A stretch of DNA of 64,000 bases from an uncultured virus (IMG/VR IMGVR_UViG_3300021963_000092) (IMGVR_UViG_3300021963_000092:1-64000); one strand, 5' to 3'. Positions 29,586 to 39,277 are shown, counted from the first letter of the stretch. Notes: generated by a model from the sequence alone, not told the origin. A program made the numbers and translations.

Positions 29586-30236
29586 ATGGCTACTCTAGTC
29601 TTACGAAACGTAAAAGGTTCTCCACTTACTAATACAGAAGTGGATAATAACTTTTCAAATATTAATAACGAACTAGGTGTTGTTAGTAATCTTTCAACTA
29701 CCGCTAAAGCTAATCTAGTAGCTGCTATTAATGAACTTGCTACATCTAGTTCTGTTTCAAATGGCACTGTTTCAAATGTAACTTTAGACATTAAAGTAGT
29801 AGATGATACATCATCTAACTCAACGGTATTTCCTACCTTCGTAGCAGCCTCCTCAGGGAATGCAGCGGTAAAAATTACCAGCACTAAATTAACTTTCAAT
29901 CCTTCTACGGGTCTTTTAACCTCTACTGATTATAATTCTTCCTCCGATGTGACTCTCAAAGACAATATTGAGCCGATAACTAACCCCCTTGATATCTTAT
30001 CTCAAATTACAGGTTATAGCTTTACCTGGAAAGACTCGGGGGAAAAATCTTTAGGTTTATCTGCTCAAGAAGTTGAAAAAATACTGCCTGAGGTCGTAAA
30101 AAACAGGCCTGATGGTACAAAGGGTATAAACTATCTTAACTTTATCGCTATTTTGATTGAGAGTATTAAACATTTGAAACAGGAAGTTCAAAATGTAAAA
30201 AAAAAAAAAAAAAAAAAAAAAAATGCCGAGTTCTAA
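29586..30236 (+). CDS. short fibre protein with C-terminal peptidase S74 (intramolecular chaperone) domain
   Basis: LR..KGSPLT..EVD.NF N-terminus; SSD.TLKDNI, F.WK, GL.AQEVE.ILPEVV, NY...IA.LIE.IK.L. Confidence 0.8.
   Translation: MATLVLRNVKGSPLTNTEVDNNFSNINNELGVVSNLSTTAKANLVAAINELATSSSVSNGTVSNVTLDIKVVDDTSSNSTVFPTFVAASSGNAAVKITSTKLTFNPSTGLLTSTDYNSSSDVTLKDNIEPITNPLDILSQITGYSFTWKDSGEKSLGLSAQEVEKILPEVVKNRPDGTKGINYLNFIAILIESIKHLKQEVQNVKKKKKKKKNAEF
30197..30223 (+). repeat. poly(A) homopolymer, 27 nt
   Basis: Counted directly; encodes 8 consecutive Lys. Confidence 0.95.
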
Positions 30237-30248
30237 AGGAGAGCGAAG

Positions 30249-30803
30249 ATGGCAATTCAAGTTGGCGGTACAACCGTCATTGATAATAGTAGAAATCTAT
30301 CTAACCTAGGCTCAGCACTTACAGTTACGCAAGGCGGCACCGGTCAGACAACGTATACTGACGGTCAGCTTTTAATCGGCAACTCGACTGGCAATACTCT
30401 CAACAAGGCTACTCTTACTGCTGGTTCAGGTATTGTAGTTACCAATGGTTCGGGTAACATAACCATCGCAGGCGCAAACAGTGATTATGTCGATCTCGGT
30501 AACGTATCCGGTAATGTTAATATCGATTTTACAAAAGGTGTTGTACGTACGCGGCTAACAGGTAATACTACTTTTGCATTTACAAGTGTACCAGGCGCAA
30601 ATACAATTGCAGCTGTTACAGCTATAGTTGTACAAGATGGAACTGGAGGTAGAACATACTCCTGGCCATCTTCATCTGACTACCCTGGTGGTGTTGTTCC
30701 TCCTGCAACAACTACAGCTAACGCCGTAGATATTTGGTCTCTATTTACCGTAGATGGTGGTACTACTGTATACGTTTCTCTGGCAATGAAAGACGCGAAG
30801 TAA
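30249..30803 (+). CDS. tail-associated structural protein
   Basis: MAIQVGGTTVIDNSRN; QDGTGGRTYSWP...T.ANAVDI; G/T-rich. Confidence 0.6.
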   Translation: MAIQVGGTTVIDNSRNLSNLGSALTVTQGGTGQTTYTDGQLLIGNSTGNTLNKATLTAGSGIVVTNGSGNITIAGANSDYVDLGNVSGNVNIDFTKGVVRTRLTGNTTFAFTSVPGANTIAAVTAIVVQDGTGGRTYSWPSSSDYPGGVVPPATTTANAVDIWSLFTVDGGTTVYVSLAMKDAK

Positions 30804-30815
30804 CGAGGTCTTCTA

Positions 30816-31853
30816 GTGACTAGAAAAACACCTATATTTGGATTAGAAAAAACGTGGCGTGCGTCTGGTACGGGTACCACAACGTTTAACTCTCCAGGTA
30901 ATTATGTAATACCATACGGTCGTTATGATATTACAGTAGAAGGTCGTGGAGGTACGGGAAACGCTGCAAACCCGGGTAATTTTACACCAGGCGGTACTAA
31001 TCCCCCTAATCCGGGTAATTTTACACCAGGCGGTACTAATCCCCCGAACCCGGGTAATTTTACACCAGGCGGTACTAATCCCCCTAATCCGGGTAATTTT
31101 ACACCGGGTAATCCAACACCACCTAATGCAGGTGCATTTACACCGGGTAATCCAACACCACCTAATGCAGGTGCATTTACACCGGGTAATCCAACACCAC
31201 CTAATGCAGGCGCATTTACACCGGGTAATCCAACACCACCTAATGCGGGCTCATACACACCAGGTAATCCGACACCTTCTACTCCAGGTAATGCTAATCC
31301 CCCGAACCCTGGGACATATTACCCTGGATATAACTACGGTGGTTTTTATATACCACCTCAGTACTACCCAGGCAACCCGACAGACCCGAATAACCCTACA
31401 GCTAATCCCCCGAACCCAGGTTCGTATACACCGGGTAATCCTAATCCCCCGAACCCAGGTTCGTATACACCGGGTAATCCTAATCCTCCGAACCCAGGTT
31501 CGTACACACCAGGTAATTCTAATCCTCCGAACCCAGGTTCGTATACTCCGGGTAATCCTGGGAACCCTTTCCCGGCATCATATACACCAGGTAATCCAGG
31601 AAACCCTTATCCGGCATCATATACACCAGGTAATCCAGGAAACCCTTATCCGGCATCATATACACCAGGTAACCCCGGGGCAGCAGGTAACCCTAGTACC
31701 GCTTTAGGTATTACCCTCCCCGGTTCTAACGTAGGAGGAACACCTGCATCTGTAGTTGCGGCAACGAAAGTAAATCCTAGCAACGTCCCTGACTCACAGA
31801 CATACCCGGTCAGTGTACCGCCCGGGGGCTATGTAACTATTAAAAGTAATTAA
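30816..31853 (+). CDS. Pro/Gly/Asn-rich 13-aa repeat protein, probable virion appendage
   Basis: Tandem 13-mers flanked by short non-repetitive ends; lies in a structural operon. Confidence 0.75.
   Translation: MTRKTPIFGLEKTWRASGTGTTTFNSPGNYVIPYGRYDITVEGRGGTGNAANPGNFTPGGTNPPNPGNFTPGGTNPPNPGNFTPGGTNPPNPGNFTPGNPTPPNAGAFTPGNPTPPNAGAFTPGNPTPPNAGAFTPGNPTPPNAGSYTPGNPTPSTPGNANPPNPGTYYPGYNYGGFYIPPQYYPGNPTDPNNPTANPPNPGSYTPGNPNPPNPGSYTPGNPNPPNPGSYTPGNSNPPNPGSYTPGNPGNPFPASYTPGNPGNPYPASYTPGNPGNPYPASYTPGNPGAAGNPSTALGITLPGSNVGGTPASVVAATKVNPSNVPDSQTYPVSVPPGGYVTIKSN
30969..31680 (+). repeat. 39-bp tandem repeat arrays (four sub-types)
   Basis: e.g. CCGGGTAATTTTACACC recurs at 30972, 31011, 31050, 31089. 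Confidence 0.9.
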
Positions 31854-31874
31854 CAACATGAGGTGAATTAGATA

Positions 31875-32462
31875 ATGTATCAGATACCTAAATACCGCGG
31901 GGGATTTGAGTGTTTTGCAGTATGGGAAAACGGCTATACAGCAGAAGAGTTAGATAAAATTAAATTTCTTGCAGAGTTGCAAGAGTTTCGTAAAGGGGGG
32001 GTTGGCAATCAAGCTACTGATGCTGACCCGAAAATTCGCAATTCCGATATTACCTGGATACATCGTGATAATAACTCTGAATGGCTTTTTTATCTTCATG
32101 GGATAATCCTTGCAAAAGTAAATCATGATCATTTTATGTTAGATATTGAGGGTTTTGATAGTTTTCAGTATACTATATACAACCCTGATCAACACTATTC
32201 TTGGCATTGGGATGCTGCATTTGGGTGGGAAAAGTATCAACGTAAGATATCCAGTGTATTATTTTTAAGCGATCCAGAAGAATACGAAGGTGGTGAGCTC
32301 GAAATAGTTACAACAGGTAATATAGAAGCCCCAAGAGTCCTTAAGCCTAAACGAGGGGACTGTGTATTTTTTTCATCGTTCATGCCACACCGTGTAAGAC
32401 CTGTTACATCAGGAAAGCGGGTTACACTGGTTAGCTGGGCATTAGGAGAGAGGATAGCTTAA
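31875..32462 (+). CDS. 2OG-Fe(II) oxygenase (prolyl-hydroxylase / PKHD-like)
   Basis: HYSWHWD (HxD), RKISSVLFLS, YEGGEL, F.SFMPHRVRPVTSGKRVTLVSW. Confidence 0.9.
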   Translation: MYQIPKYRGGFECFAVWENGYTAEELDKIKFLAELQEFRKGGVGNQATDADPKIRNSDITWIHRDNNSEWLFYLHGIILAKVNHDHFMLDIEGFDSFQYTIYNPDQHYSWHWDAAFGWEKYQRKISSVLFLSDPEEYEGGELEIVTTGNIEAPRVLKPKRGDCVFFSSFMPHRVRPVTSGKRVTLVSWALGERIA

Positions 32463-33163
32463 TGATAATTAACGAATCAACAGGTTGTTTATTTTTAGAA
32501 ATCCCTAAAACAGGATCTACTACTGTTCGGCTAGCATATCAGGCGAAACACGGTCGATCTAAATACGCTAGCGTCTGGACACATATTAAGAAAGATCAGC
32601 TACAGCGTGTTATGGGAGAGTTTTTTTCAGAAATAGATTATAGTAAACTAACCCACTACGCATTCTACAGAGACCCTATAGAAAGACTTGTATCTGGTTG
32701 GCGATATTCTATTTCGCAATGGGAAAAAGCTCGTACCGACCCTAAACTAAGCTTTGAAGTATATTCAAGAGGCGCTGCGCTATTTCATTTAATTTGGGGA
32801 AAGAAATTTAATATCGATGAAAAACCCACACTAAATAATGTTACTCTAGATGAATATCTAACTGCTCTAGAATCTAGAGCGTTTTTTACAACTGTAGATC
32901 TTCTTTCGCTACAAACTGAATATATCAATGATAATACAGTATTACTTAATTACCATGATTATGAAGCTGAATATAACAAATTAGTCCCGCTGTTAGATTT
33001 ACCGTCTTATAATTCTGCAGGTAGACAGAACAGCACTGATGCAGCAGACTATTATGATACTGTAACTACAGAACAGGCGGCTCGAATTAAAGCGTTCTAC
33101 AAAGCTGATTATGATTTTTTTGAAAAGAAAGGTATAACCTTCGTGGAGAGGTCTTTTGTTTAA
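32462..33163 (+). CDS. sulfotransferase family 2 protein
   Basis: FLEIPKTGSTTV (5'-PSB), RDPIERLVSGW (3'-PB), Y..DY.FF. Confidence 0.82.
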   Translation: MIINESTGCLFLEIPKTGSTTVRLAYQAKHGRSKYASVWTHIKKDQLQRVMGEFFSEIDYSKLTHYAFYRDPIERLVSGWRYSISQWEKARTDPKLSFEVYSRGAALFHLIWGKKFNIDEKPTLNNVTLDEYLTALESRAFFTTVDLLSLQTEYINDNTVLLNYHDYEAEYNKLVPLLDLPSYNSAGRQNSTDAADYYDTVTTEQAARIKAFYKADYDFFEKKGITFVERSFV

Positions 33164-33887
33164 TTTATGGCGCAAATCCCCTATAATCGAGTTTACGTGT
33201 CACCCAGAATTTGAAGGATCATTACTTCCTCCTAAGCCAGCTGCGAAGTGCATTCCAGATTGGTTTAAGAGGATAAAACCTACGTTACCAGATAGTATCG
33301 ATAGTATTGGACGACCTGGGTTAACTGCAAAAAAATGCATGCCGCTACTTGACGCAATGTCAATCGGTTTTGTTATTCCGTTACAAGCTGATGTTGGTAT
33401 ACGATCTAGCTCTACTTGTGCTATTATTGAAGCTAAAAACGGACCGACCGTCAAGTCAGTAGAGTTTCATAATGTTGATCAGATTGGAGGCTCTGCTGCG
33501 CCCGGGTACCCGGCACCACCAATTAAATTTCTTAACTGGTGGGTAGTAAAGACCGCGCCCGGGTGGTCGACGTTATTTCTGCCCATTATTAATGACGTAG
33601 AGCAAGCTCACTTCACATGTCTAGCTGGTTTAGTAGACACAGATACATATGTAAAAGAAGTCAACTTCCCAGCAATTTGGCACACTGCTAACTTTGACGG
33701 TGTTCTTAATGCTGGTACACCTATAGTGGTAGCTATACCAATTCATCGAGAAATTTATAAAATATCTAAAGAACCTATTATTCGTAGTATGAGTAAAAAA
33801 GAATTCCGAGAGATAGAGCGTATACGAATAGCTCAAAGTACGAGACACGGGGTTTATACAAATGAACTGAGAGAATCTCGCAAGTGA
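33156..33887 (+). CDS. conserved phage protein (DUF6065-like)
   Basis: PKPAAKCIPDWFK, T.KKCMPLLDAM..G, KFLNWW.VKTAPGWS, GLVDTD, GTPIV. Confidence 0.65.
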   Translation: MFNLWRKSPIIEFTCHPEFEGSLLPPKPAAKCIPDWFKRIKPTLPDSIDSIGRPGLTAKKCMPLLDAMSIGFVIPLQADVGIRSSSTCAIIEAKNGPTVKSVEFHNVDQIGGSAAPGYPAPPIKFLNWWVVKTAPGWSTLFLPIINDVEQAHFTCLAGLVDTDTYVKEVNFPAIWHTANFDGVLNAGTPIVVAIPIHREIYKISKEPIIRSMSKKEFREIERIRIAQSTRHGVYTNELRESRK

Positions 33888-34618
33888 AATTATTTAATTT
33901 TTTGAAGAAAAAAACACCTGAATTTGAGTTTATTGATGTATCGAGACAGACATATCATCGGTTACCCGTACAACGAGCACAGGATGTTACCCCTAAATCT
34001 AAAGCGAATCAAATAGAAAAATACGGTGTGTTTAAGTTCCCTCATTGCCCTGGCATTATCGACTATAGTCGATTAGGTTATATAATACCAGCTTGGGTTG
34101 ACATGAAAATTTTTGCAAATAAAGCAGGTGTTATTGGTGAAATAGGTTCAGCAATCAGGGGGGATAGAGGCTTTAGACCGCCTATAAACATGGATGCTTC
34201 TATTGTTGATGGGTTCTTTACACCTGAGGATGGGGTTCCACTAACGGTTATAAAGTTTGAGTGCCCATGGTATATACGTACTTCGAAAAATATTTCTGCA
34301 TTATGTTTACCCCCGCTATATCATGCTACCTGGCTAGATGATTTACATCTTTGGAGTGGTTCTGTTGATTATGAAAAATTCTCAGTAACGAACTTTATAT
34401 GTTCGCCAAAACGAAAATGCAATGTTCATATTAAAGCAGGCGAACCATTACTGCATATTATACCTTTCTACGGTAAAGATATTGTTGCCGGATACGGGCC
34501 CGGTACAGACGCTCAAGTTGACTATACAAAAAATGAAGCATATGGAGACACACCGCAGTTCTATCGAAAATTATATGCAGTAAAAAAGATATTCAAGTTA
34601 AATCGAAAAGAACCGTAA
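33884..34618 (+). CDS. conserved phage protein, paralog of upstream ORF
   Basis: CPGIID...GYIIPAW.D, KFECPW, G.VDY, IKAGEPL.HIIPF align with motifs of 33156-33887. Confidence 0.6.
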   Translation: MKLFNFLKKKTPEFEFIDVSRQTYHRLPVQRAQDVTPKSKANQIEKYGVFKFPHCPGIIDYSRLGYIIPAWVDMKIFANKAGVIGEIGSAIRGDRGFRPPINMDASIVDGFFTPEDGVPLTVIKFECPWYIRTSKNISALCLPPLYHATWLDDLHLWSGSVDYEKFSVTNFICSPKRKCNVHIKAGEPLLHIIPFYGKDIVAGYGPGTDAQVDYTKNEAYGDTPQFYRKLYAVKKIFKLNRKEP

Positions 34619-34760
34619 TATGCTGTAAAAAGATAGTCTGATTAACTATACTTTTCTAGAAGTTCTTTGTTTCCAATATATTATATTTTATAAGAATTCT
34701 ATTAGTTACAACTATATTTGGGTTGTAACTTAGAAATTTACTTAATCCAAATTCTAAAAA

Positions 34761-34768
34761 TATAAATA
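34761..34768 (+). promoter_or_regulatory. T4-type late promoter TATAAATA
   Basis: Exact consensus, intergenic, upstream of GAGG RBS. Confidence 0.75.
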
Positions 34769-34785
34769 ATGGTACGAGGGTTAAT

Positions 34786-35115
34786 ATGGCTTCTATTTCT
34801 AATCTTACAATCGACCAAGGTACAACATTTAATGCTACCATTTCGGTAGTTGATGATACTGGTACCGCTAAAAATCTTACAGGTTTTACTGGTCGAGCTC
34901 AATTGAAGAGGTCATACTACACAAATACTAATACAGCTTTTACCGTTACTATTGATAATCCGACCGAAGGTGAGATAGACCTTTCATTAACCGATACACA
35001 GACGTCTGCTTTGAAAGCTGGTAGATATGTCTATGACGTAGAAATTGTAACCACCAACTACGTTGAAAGAGTTGTAGAAGGAATAATAACAGTCTATCCC
35101 GAGGTAACCAAATGA
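34786..35115 (+). CDS. small structural protein
   Basis: NLTIDQGTTF, LSLT..QT..LKAGRYVYDVEI, RVVEGIITV.P.VT. Confidence 0.7.
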   Translation: MASISNLTIDQGTTFNATISVVDDTGTAKNLTGFTGRAQLKRSYYTNTNTAFTVTIDNPTEGEIDLSLTDTQTSALKAGRYVYDVEIVTTNYVERVVEGIITVYPEVTK

Positions 35116-35336
35116 CTGCCGTAAGAGTTATACAAGGTACTAGAAACCCGGTTTCCGTGGTTCAAGGAACAAGCTCCACAAGCTCAATTGTAGTGAGACG
35201 CGCTGGAGATATAACTCTTACGAGTCTTACAGACGTAGATACTTCTTTACTAGAAGACGGTTATATTTTAACATATGATGAAGAGGCTAAAAAATTTAAG
35301 ACTAAGCAGCTAATTGCTGACGGCGGCACATACTAA
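35112..35336 (+). CDS. small structural protein
   Basis: L..LTDVD...DG..L.YD; ends DGGTY like the next ORF. Confidence 0.6.
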   Translation: MTAVRVIQGTRNPVSVVQGTSSTSSIVVRRAGDITLTSLTDVDTSLLEDGYILTYDEEAKKFKTKQLIADGGTY

Positions 35337-35352
35337 AGAGAGAGAGTAATAA

Positions 35353-37299
35353 ATGTCAACATTAATTCAGATAAAACGTTCTGCTAATATTGCAGCGCCT
35401 TCTACTTCAGTATTGGAAGAAGGTGAATTAGCTTACTCGTATGATCAAAGTAATAATGGTGCAAACGCCAAACTTTATATTGAAGTATTAGACTCGGGTA
35501 GCAGCCCTGTAATACACACTCTTGGTGGTAAGTATTATACCGACAAGATTGATAATGCATCTAGCAGTACATCAGCAAACAGCCTGGTGTTAAGAGACAG
35601 CCTAGGTAGTTTTAGCGCAAACGTTATTACAGCTGCAACTTTTGTAGGTAACGTACAGGGTGTAATTGACGGGGTTGCTAATTCAGCAGCCAAACTACAG
35701 ACTGCTAGAAACATTACCCTTGCAGGTGACTTAGAAGGTAATGTCTATTTTGATGGTACGGGTGATGTTACTATCAATGCAAACGTTAAATCTAACTCTG
35801 TTGCATTAGGTACAGACACTACCGGTGATTATGTTTCTAACGTCTTAGCTGGTACAGGTATTACCGTAACTGGCCAAGGCGGTGAGACAGCTACACCAAC
35901 TGTTGCTCTAACTAACACTGGTGTTTCTGCTGGTCATTACGGTGGTGCAACTCAAATCCCAACATTGGTGGTTGATGCTCAAGGCAGAATAACATCTGCT
36001 ACCAATACAAGTGTTTCCGTATCATTTACATTAGCAGCTGATTCTGGCGCTGGTGATACCATTAACAACGGGGATGTATTTAGAGTATCTGGTGGTGCAG
36101 GTATCGATACTTCTCTAACTGATAATACTATTACCGTTGCTCTCGAAACATCCGGTGTAGTTGCTAACACATACGGCAGCGCATCGAAGATTCCTGTAAT
36201 AACCGTTGATCAATATGGTAGAATTACATCTGCAGCTAACGTAGCTGTAGCAGGTGTAACTAACTTCTCAGCATCTGGTAATACATTTACCATTTCAACT
36301 GCTGATGGTGGTTCATTCTCTGCATCGATTCAAGAAAATTCTGTTCGACTTGGTACAGATACTACCGGTAATTATCTTGCTAACGTTGTACCAGGCACTG
36401 GCTTAACAGGCTCTAACTTCGGAACTGAAGGTGCCACACCAACTATTAGTCTGGCAAGCACAGCAGTAACAGCCGGTTCGTACGGTGGTACTACCCAGAT
36501 CCCAACCTTTGTAGTTGATGCCCAGGGTCGCTTAACATCAGCTGCTAACGTATCTATCTCAACCGATCTAAGCCTAGTAGGTGATTCAGGTTCTGATACG
36601 TTATCACTTGCATCTGAGACACTTGCCATTAAAGGTGGTACAGGTATTGGTACAAGCGTTGCAAGCAACGCCTTTACGATTGTTAATACCGGGGTAACAA
36701 GTTTAGCTGGTACAACAAATGAAATTACTGTATCTGCAGCAAACGGTTCTATCACGGTCGGTTTACCAGATGATGTAACTATAACGAGAGACTTAAACGT
36801 TCTCGGCAACTTAAATGTTACCGGTAATGTAATTACTCATAGTGCTGATAATTTAATTATTAATGACTCTTTAATTCAGCTTGCTAATAACAATACATCT
36901 TCTGATGTTGTTGATATTGGTTTCTACGGCAGCTACAACACTGATGGGGGTGAACACGAGCACGCTGGTTTATTCCGAGATGCATCTGATGGTAATTTCA
37001 GATTATTCCAAGGTCTGCAAGGTAGTGGTAACCTAACTACTACCGTAAATATTTCTGGTAATGGTTATTCTATCGCTACCCTGGTAGCAAATTTAACCGG
37101 AGGAACCGTATCTGGTCTGTCAGCCAATATTACAGTGGGTGATGGTGGTACAGGAAGAGGTACTTTAACAACAAATGCTATCCTGTATGGTCAAGGTACA
37201 TCAGCAGTAGGTCTTGTTACCGGTACAGCGTATCAAGTTCTTCAGCTAAATGCTTCTGGTGTTCCGGTGTTTGGGGGTATTGATGGTGGTACATATTAA
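35353..37299 (+). CDS. tail fibre protein
   Basis: IQIKRS..GELAYS N-terminus; repeated YG..TQIP..VVDAQGRITSA modules; ends IDGGTY. Confidence 0.75.
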   Translation: MSTLIQIKRSANIAAPSTSVLEEGELAYSYDQSNNGANAKLYIEVLDSGSSPVIHTLGGKYYTDKIDNASSSTSANSLVLRDSLGSFSANVITAATFVGNVQGVIDGVANSAAKLQTARNITLAGDLEGNVYFDGTGDVTINANVKSNSVALGTDTTGDYVSNVLAGTGITVTGQGGETATPTVALTNTGVSAGHYGGATQIPTLVVDAQGRITSATNTSVSVSFTLAADSGAGDTINNGDVFRVSGGAGIDTSLTDNTITVALETSGVVANTYGSASKIPVITVDQYGRITSAANVAVAGVTNFSASGNTFTISTADGGSFSASIQENSVRLGTDTTGNYLANVVPGTGLTGSNFGTEGATPTISLASTAVTAGSYGGTTQIPTFVVDAQGRLTSAANVSISTDLSLVGDSGSDTLSLASETLAIKGGTGIGTSVASNAFTIVNTGVTSLAGTTNEITVSAANGSITVGLPDDVTITRDLNVLGNLNVTGNVITHSADNLIINDSLIQLANNNTSSDVVDIGFYGSYNTDGGEHEHAGLFRDASDGNFRLFQGLQGSGNLTTTVNISGNGYSIATLVANLTGGTVSGLSANITVGDGGTGRGTLTTNAILYGQGTSAVGLVTGTAYQVLQLNASGVPVFGGIDGGTY

Positions 37300-37342
37300 T
37301 TAATTTTGAAATAGGGGGGCTTGTCCCCCCTTATGAGGTTTT

Positions 37343-37525
37343 ATGCAGATTGATAACGCTAAATTTATGAATTTAGTTATGGAAAAAACTAATAAAAAAT
37401 TAAATGATTTACAAGCCCAGGTAATAGTTTTAGAATCTCAATTGCAGTTAGCAGTAGAGATAAATAGTAAACTTAACGAGCAGATTGATAAGCAGAAGAA
37501 AAAAGAAAAACCTTCAGAATATTAA
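37343..37525 (+). CDS. small coiled-coil hypothetical protein
   Basis: 60 aa; GAGG RBS. Confidence 0.6.
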   Translation: MQIDNAKFMNLVMEKTNKKLNDLQAQVIVLESQLQLAVEINSKLNEQIDKQKKKEKPSEY

Positions 37526-37576
37526 TCTAGACTACATAGTCTAGAATTCGCTATATAGCAAAGGAAAAAGCCGTCA

Positions 37577-38071
37577 ATGGCTGGCAATAGTATACAATTA
37601 AAACGATCATCAGTGTCGGGTAAAATACCAGACGCTGCTAACGTACAAGTCGGCGAACCCGTTGTAAACCTTGTCGATCGTATCCTCTACACCAAAGACG
37701 GTTCAGGTAATGTTATCGTCGTTGGTTCTAATCTTACCATTCAACTAGCTGATACAAGCAATACAGTCTCAAAATCCGTTTCCGATGTAAGAATCTTACA
37801 GTTTAATGAATCGGGTTTTGATATTATTGATAGAGCTAATGGTATAGCTAAAGTACAAGTAAGTGCGGTTCAGTCAAACCTATCAGTACTTAATCAAGGC
37901 ACTTACATAACAAATTCAGTATCATCGATTAACTTTACTGGAACAGGAATAACAGCTTCGGCTGTTGGTAGTCAGGTAACTGTAGATATTGCTACTTCAA
38001 GCGGAGCCTTTGATTATGGTTTTGTGTATGAACCGTTTAGTAGCGCTACAGTCGATTATGGGGATCTTTGA
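37577..38071 (+). CDS. tail-fibre-associated protein
   Basis: IQLKRSSV.GKIP...GE..VN..D..LY.KDG; ends DYGDL. Confidence 0.65.
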   Translation: MAGNSIQLKRSSVSGKIPDAANVQVGEPVVNLVDRILYTKDGSGNVIVVGSNLTIQLADTSNTVSKSVSDVRILQFNESGFDIIDRANGIAKVQVSAVQSNLSVLNQGTYITNSVSSINFTGTGITASAVGSQVTVDIATSSGAFDYGFVYEPFSSATVDYGDL

Positions 38072-39277
38072 TTGGCCATTCAACTTCAATTAAGAAAAGG
38101 TAATACTCTTGCTCACAGCACATTTACTGGTGCTGCAGCAGAAGTTACAGTAGATACTTCTAAAAAGACTGTAGTTGTTCATGACGGGTCAACTGCAGGG
38201 GGATTTCCTTTAGCTTTAAAGACAGATGTTGCTAACCTTAACAGTAACATATCTGTATTAACAACTGCTAACATAGCCGAATCGGGTAATTTATACTTTA
38301 CTAACGCTAGAGTTGTAGCAGCTCTAACAGCCGGTCAAAGTATTACTATTGATGCTAATGGTAGAATTAACTCTACCGCAACTGGCGGGGGCGCGGTCGA
38401 TTCCGTTAACGGTCTTACCGGTACAGTTACCTTAACTACCGCTAATATAGCTGAATCAAGCAATCTGTATTTTACTAATGCTAGAGTATATTCCAATGTA
38501 GTTAGTATCGGATATGCAACTGTATCGCATGTAAGTAATGAGATTGCAAACCTTGTTAATTCAGCCCCTGCGACCCTAGATACGTTGAACGAACTGGCAA
38601 ATGCTCTAGGAAATGACGCTAGCTTTTCAACAAGTATTATTAATTCATTAGCTACCAAAGCTAATACAGCTAGTCTAACAACTGCTAACGTTACTGAATT
38701 AACTAATCTTTATTTTACTAATACCAGAGCAATTAATGCCTTCACGGAAGGTACTGGTATTAATATCGATTCTAACGGGTTAATATCTTCGACAGTAACT
38801 GGAGATGTCGTTTCAGTTAACGGTCTTACCGGTACAGTTACCTTAACTACCGCTAATATAGCTGAATCGGGTAATTTATACTTTACTAATGCAAGAGCCA
38901 TAAACGCCTTCACTGAAGGAGCCGGCATAAATATCGATGCTAATGGTTTGATTACCTCTACAGCAACCGGCACTGGTACAGTATCAAACTCTTTTACCAC
39001 AATAAGTGTTACCGGTCAGAGTAGTTTATATGCAAACGGTGAATCAACATTAACTATTGCTGCTGCCGGATTATTAGATGTTACAACTAACAACGTTACA
39101 AATACTGTCACTATTGGGTCAACTAATAAAGTATTCCCATTTTATGATAATACTAACGTTTATAAGTCGATTCAACTGAGGATTTCAGATACTATTCTGA
39201 ATCAATCTCTAGCTAATGTATATCTACCATTTACTAAGAGTGATGGTTCAAGCGTAACCACATTAAGGATTAACTAA
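38072..39277 (+). CDS. fibre protein with Mtd-like N-terminal domain
   Basis: QLQLRKG....H.TFTGA..EVTVDT.KKTVVVHDG.TAGGFPLA; APATLDTLNELA.ALG.D; repeated TANIAESGNLYFTNAR; TTG start. Confidence 0.72.
   Translation: MAIQLQLRKGNTLAHSTFTGAAAEVTVDTSKKTVVVHDGSTAGGFPLALKTDVANLNSNISVLTTANIAESGNLYFTNARVVAALTAGQSITIDANGRINSTATGGGAVDSVNGLTGTVTLTTANIAESSNLYFTNARVYSNVVSIGYATVSHVSNEIANLVNSAPATLDTLNELANALGNDASFSTSIINSLATKANTASLTTANVTELTNLYFTNTRAINAFTEGTGINIDSNGLISSTVTGDVVSVNGLTGTVTLTTANIAESGNLYFTNARAINAFTEGAGINIDANGLITSTATGTGTVSNSFTTISVTGQSSLYANGESTLTIAAAGLLDVTTNNVTNTVTIGSTNKVFPFYDNTNVYKSIQLRISDTILNQSLANVYLPFTKSDGSSVTTLRIN

Noticed and set aside
30969..31680. CRISPR-like array
   Set aside because: Repeats are contiguous, in-frame 39-bp coding units with no unique spacers
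30923..31707. Alternative-frame ORFs 30946-31707 (+) and 30923-31258 (-)
   Set aside because: Stop-free shadows produced by the tandem repeat; no independent coding evidence
37311..37334. G6/C6 hairpin as a terminator
   Set aside because: No proper U-tract and it abuts the next RBS; may be a stabilising or processing hairpin but cannot be called
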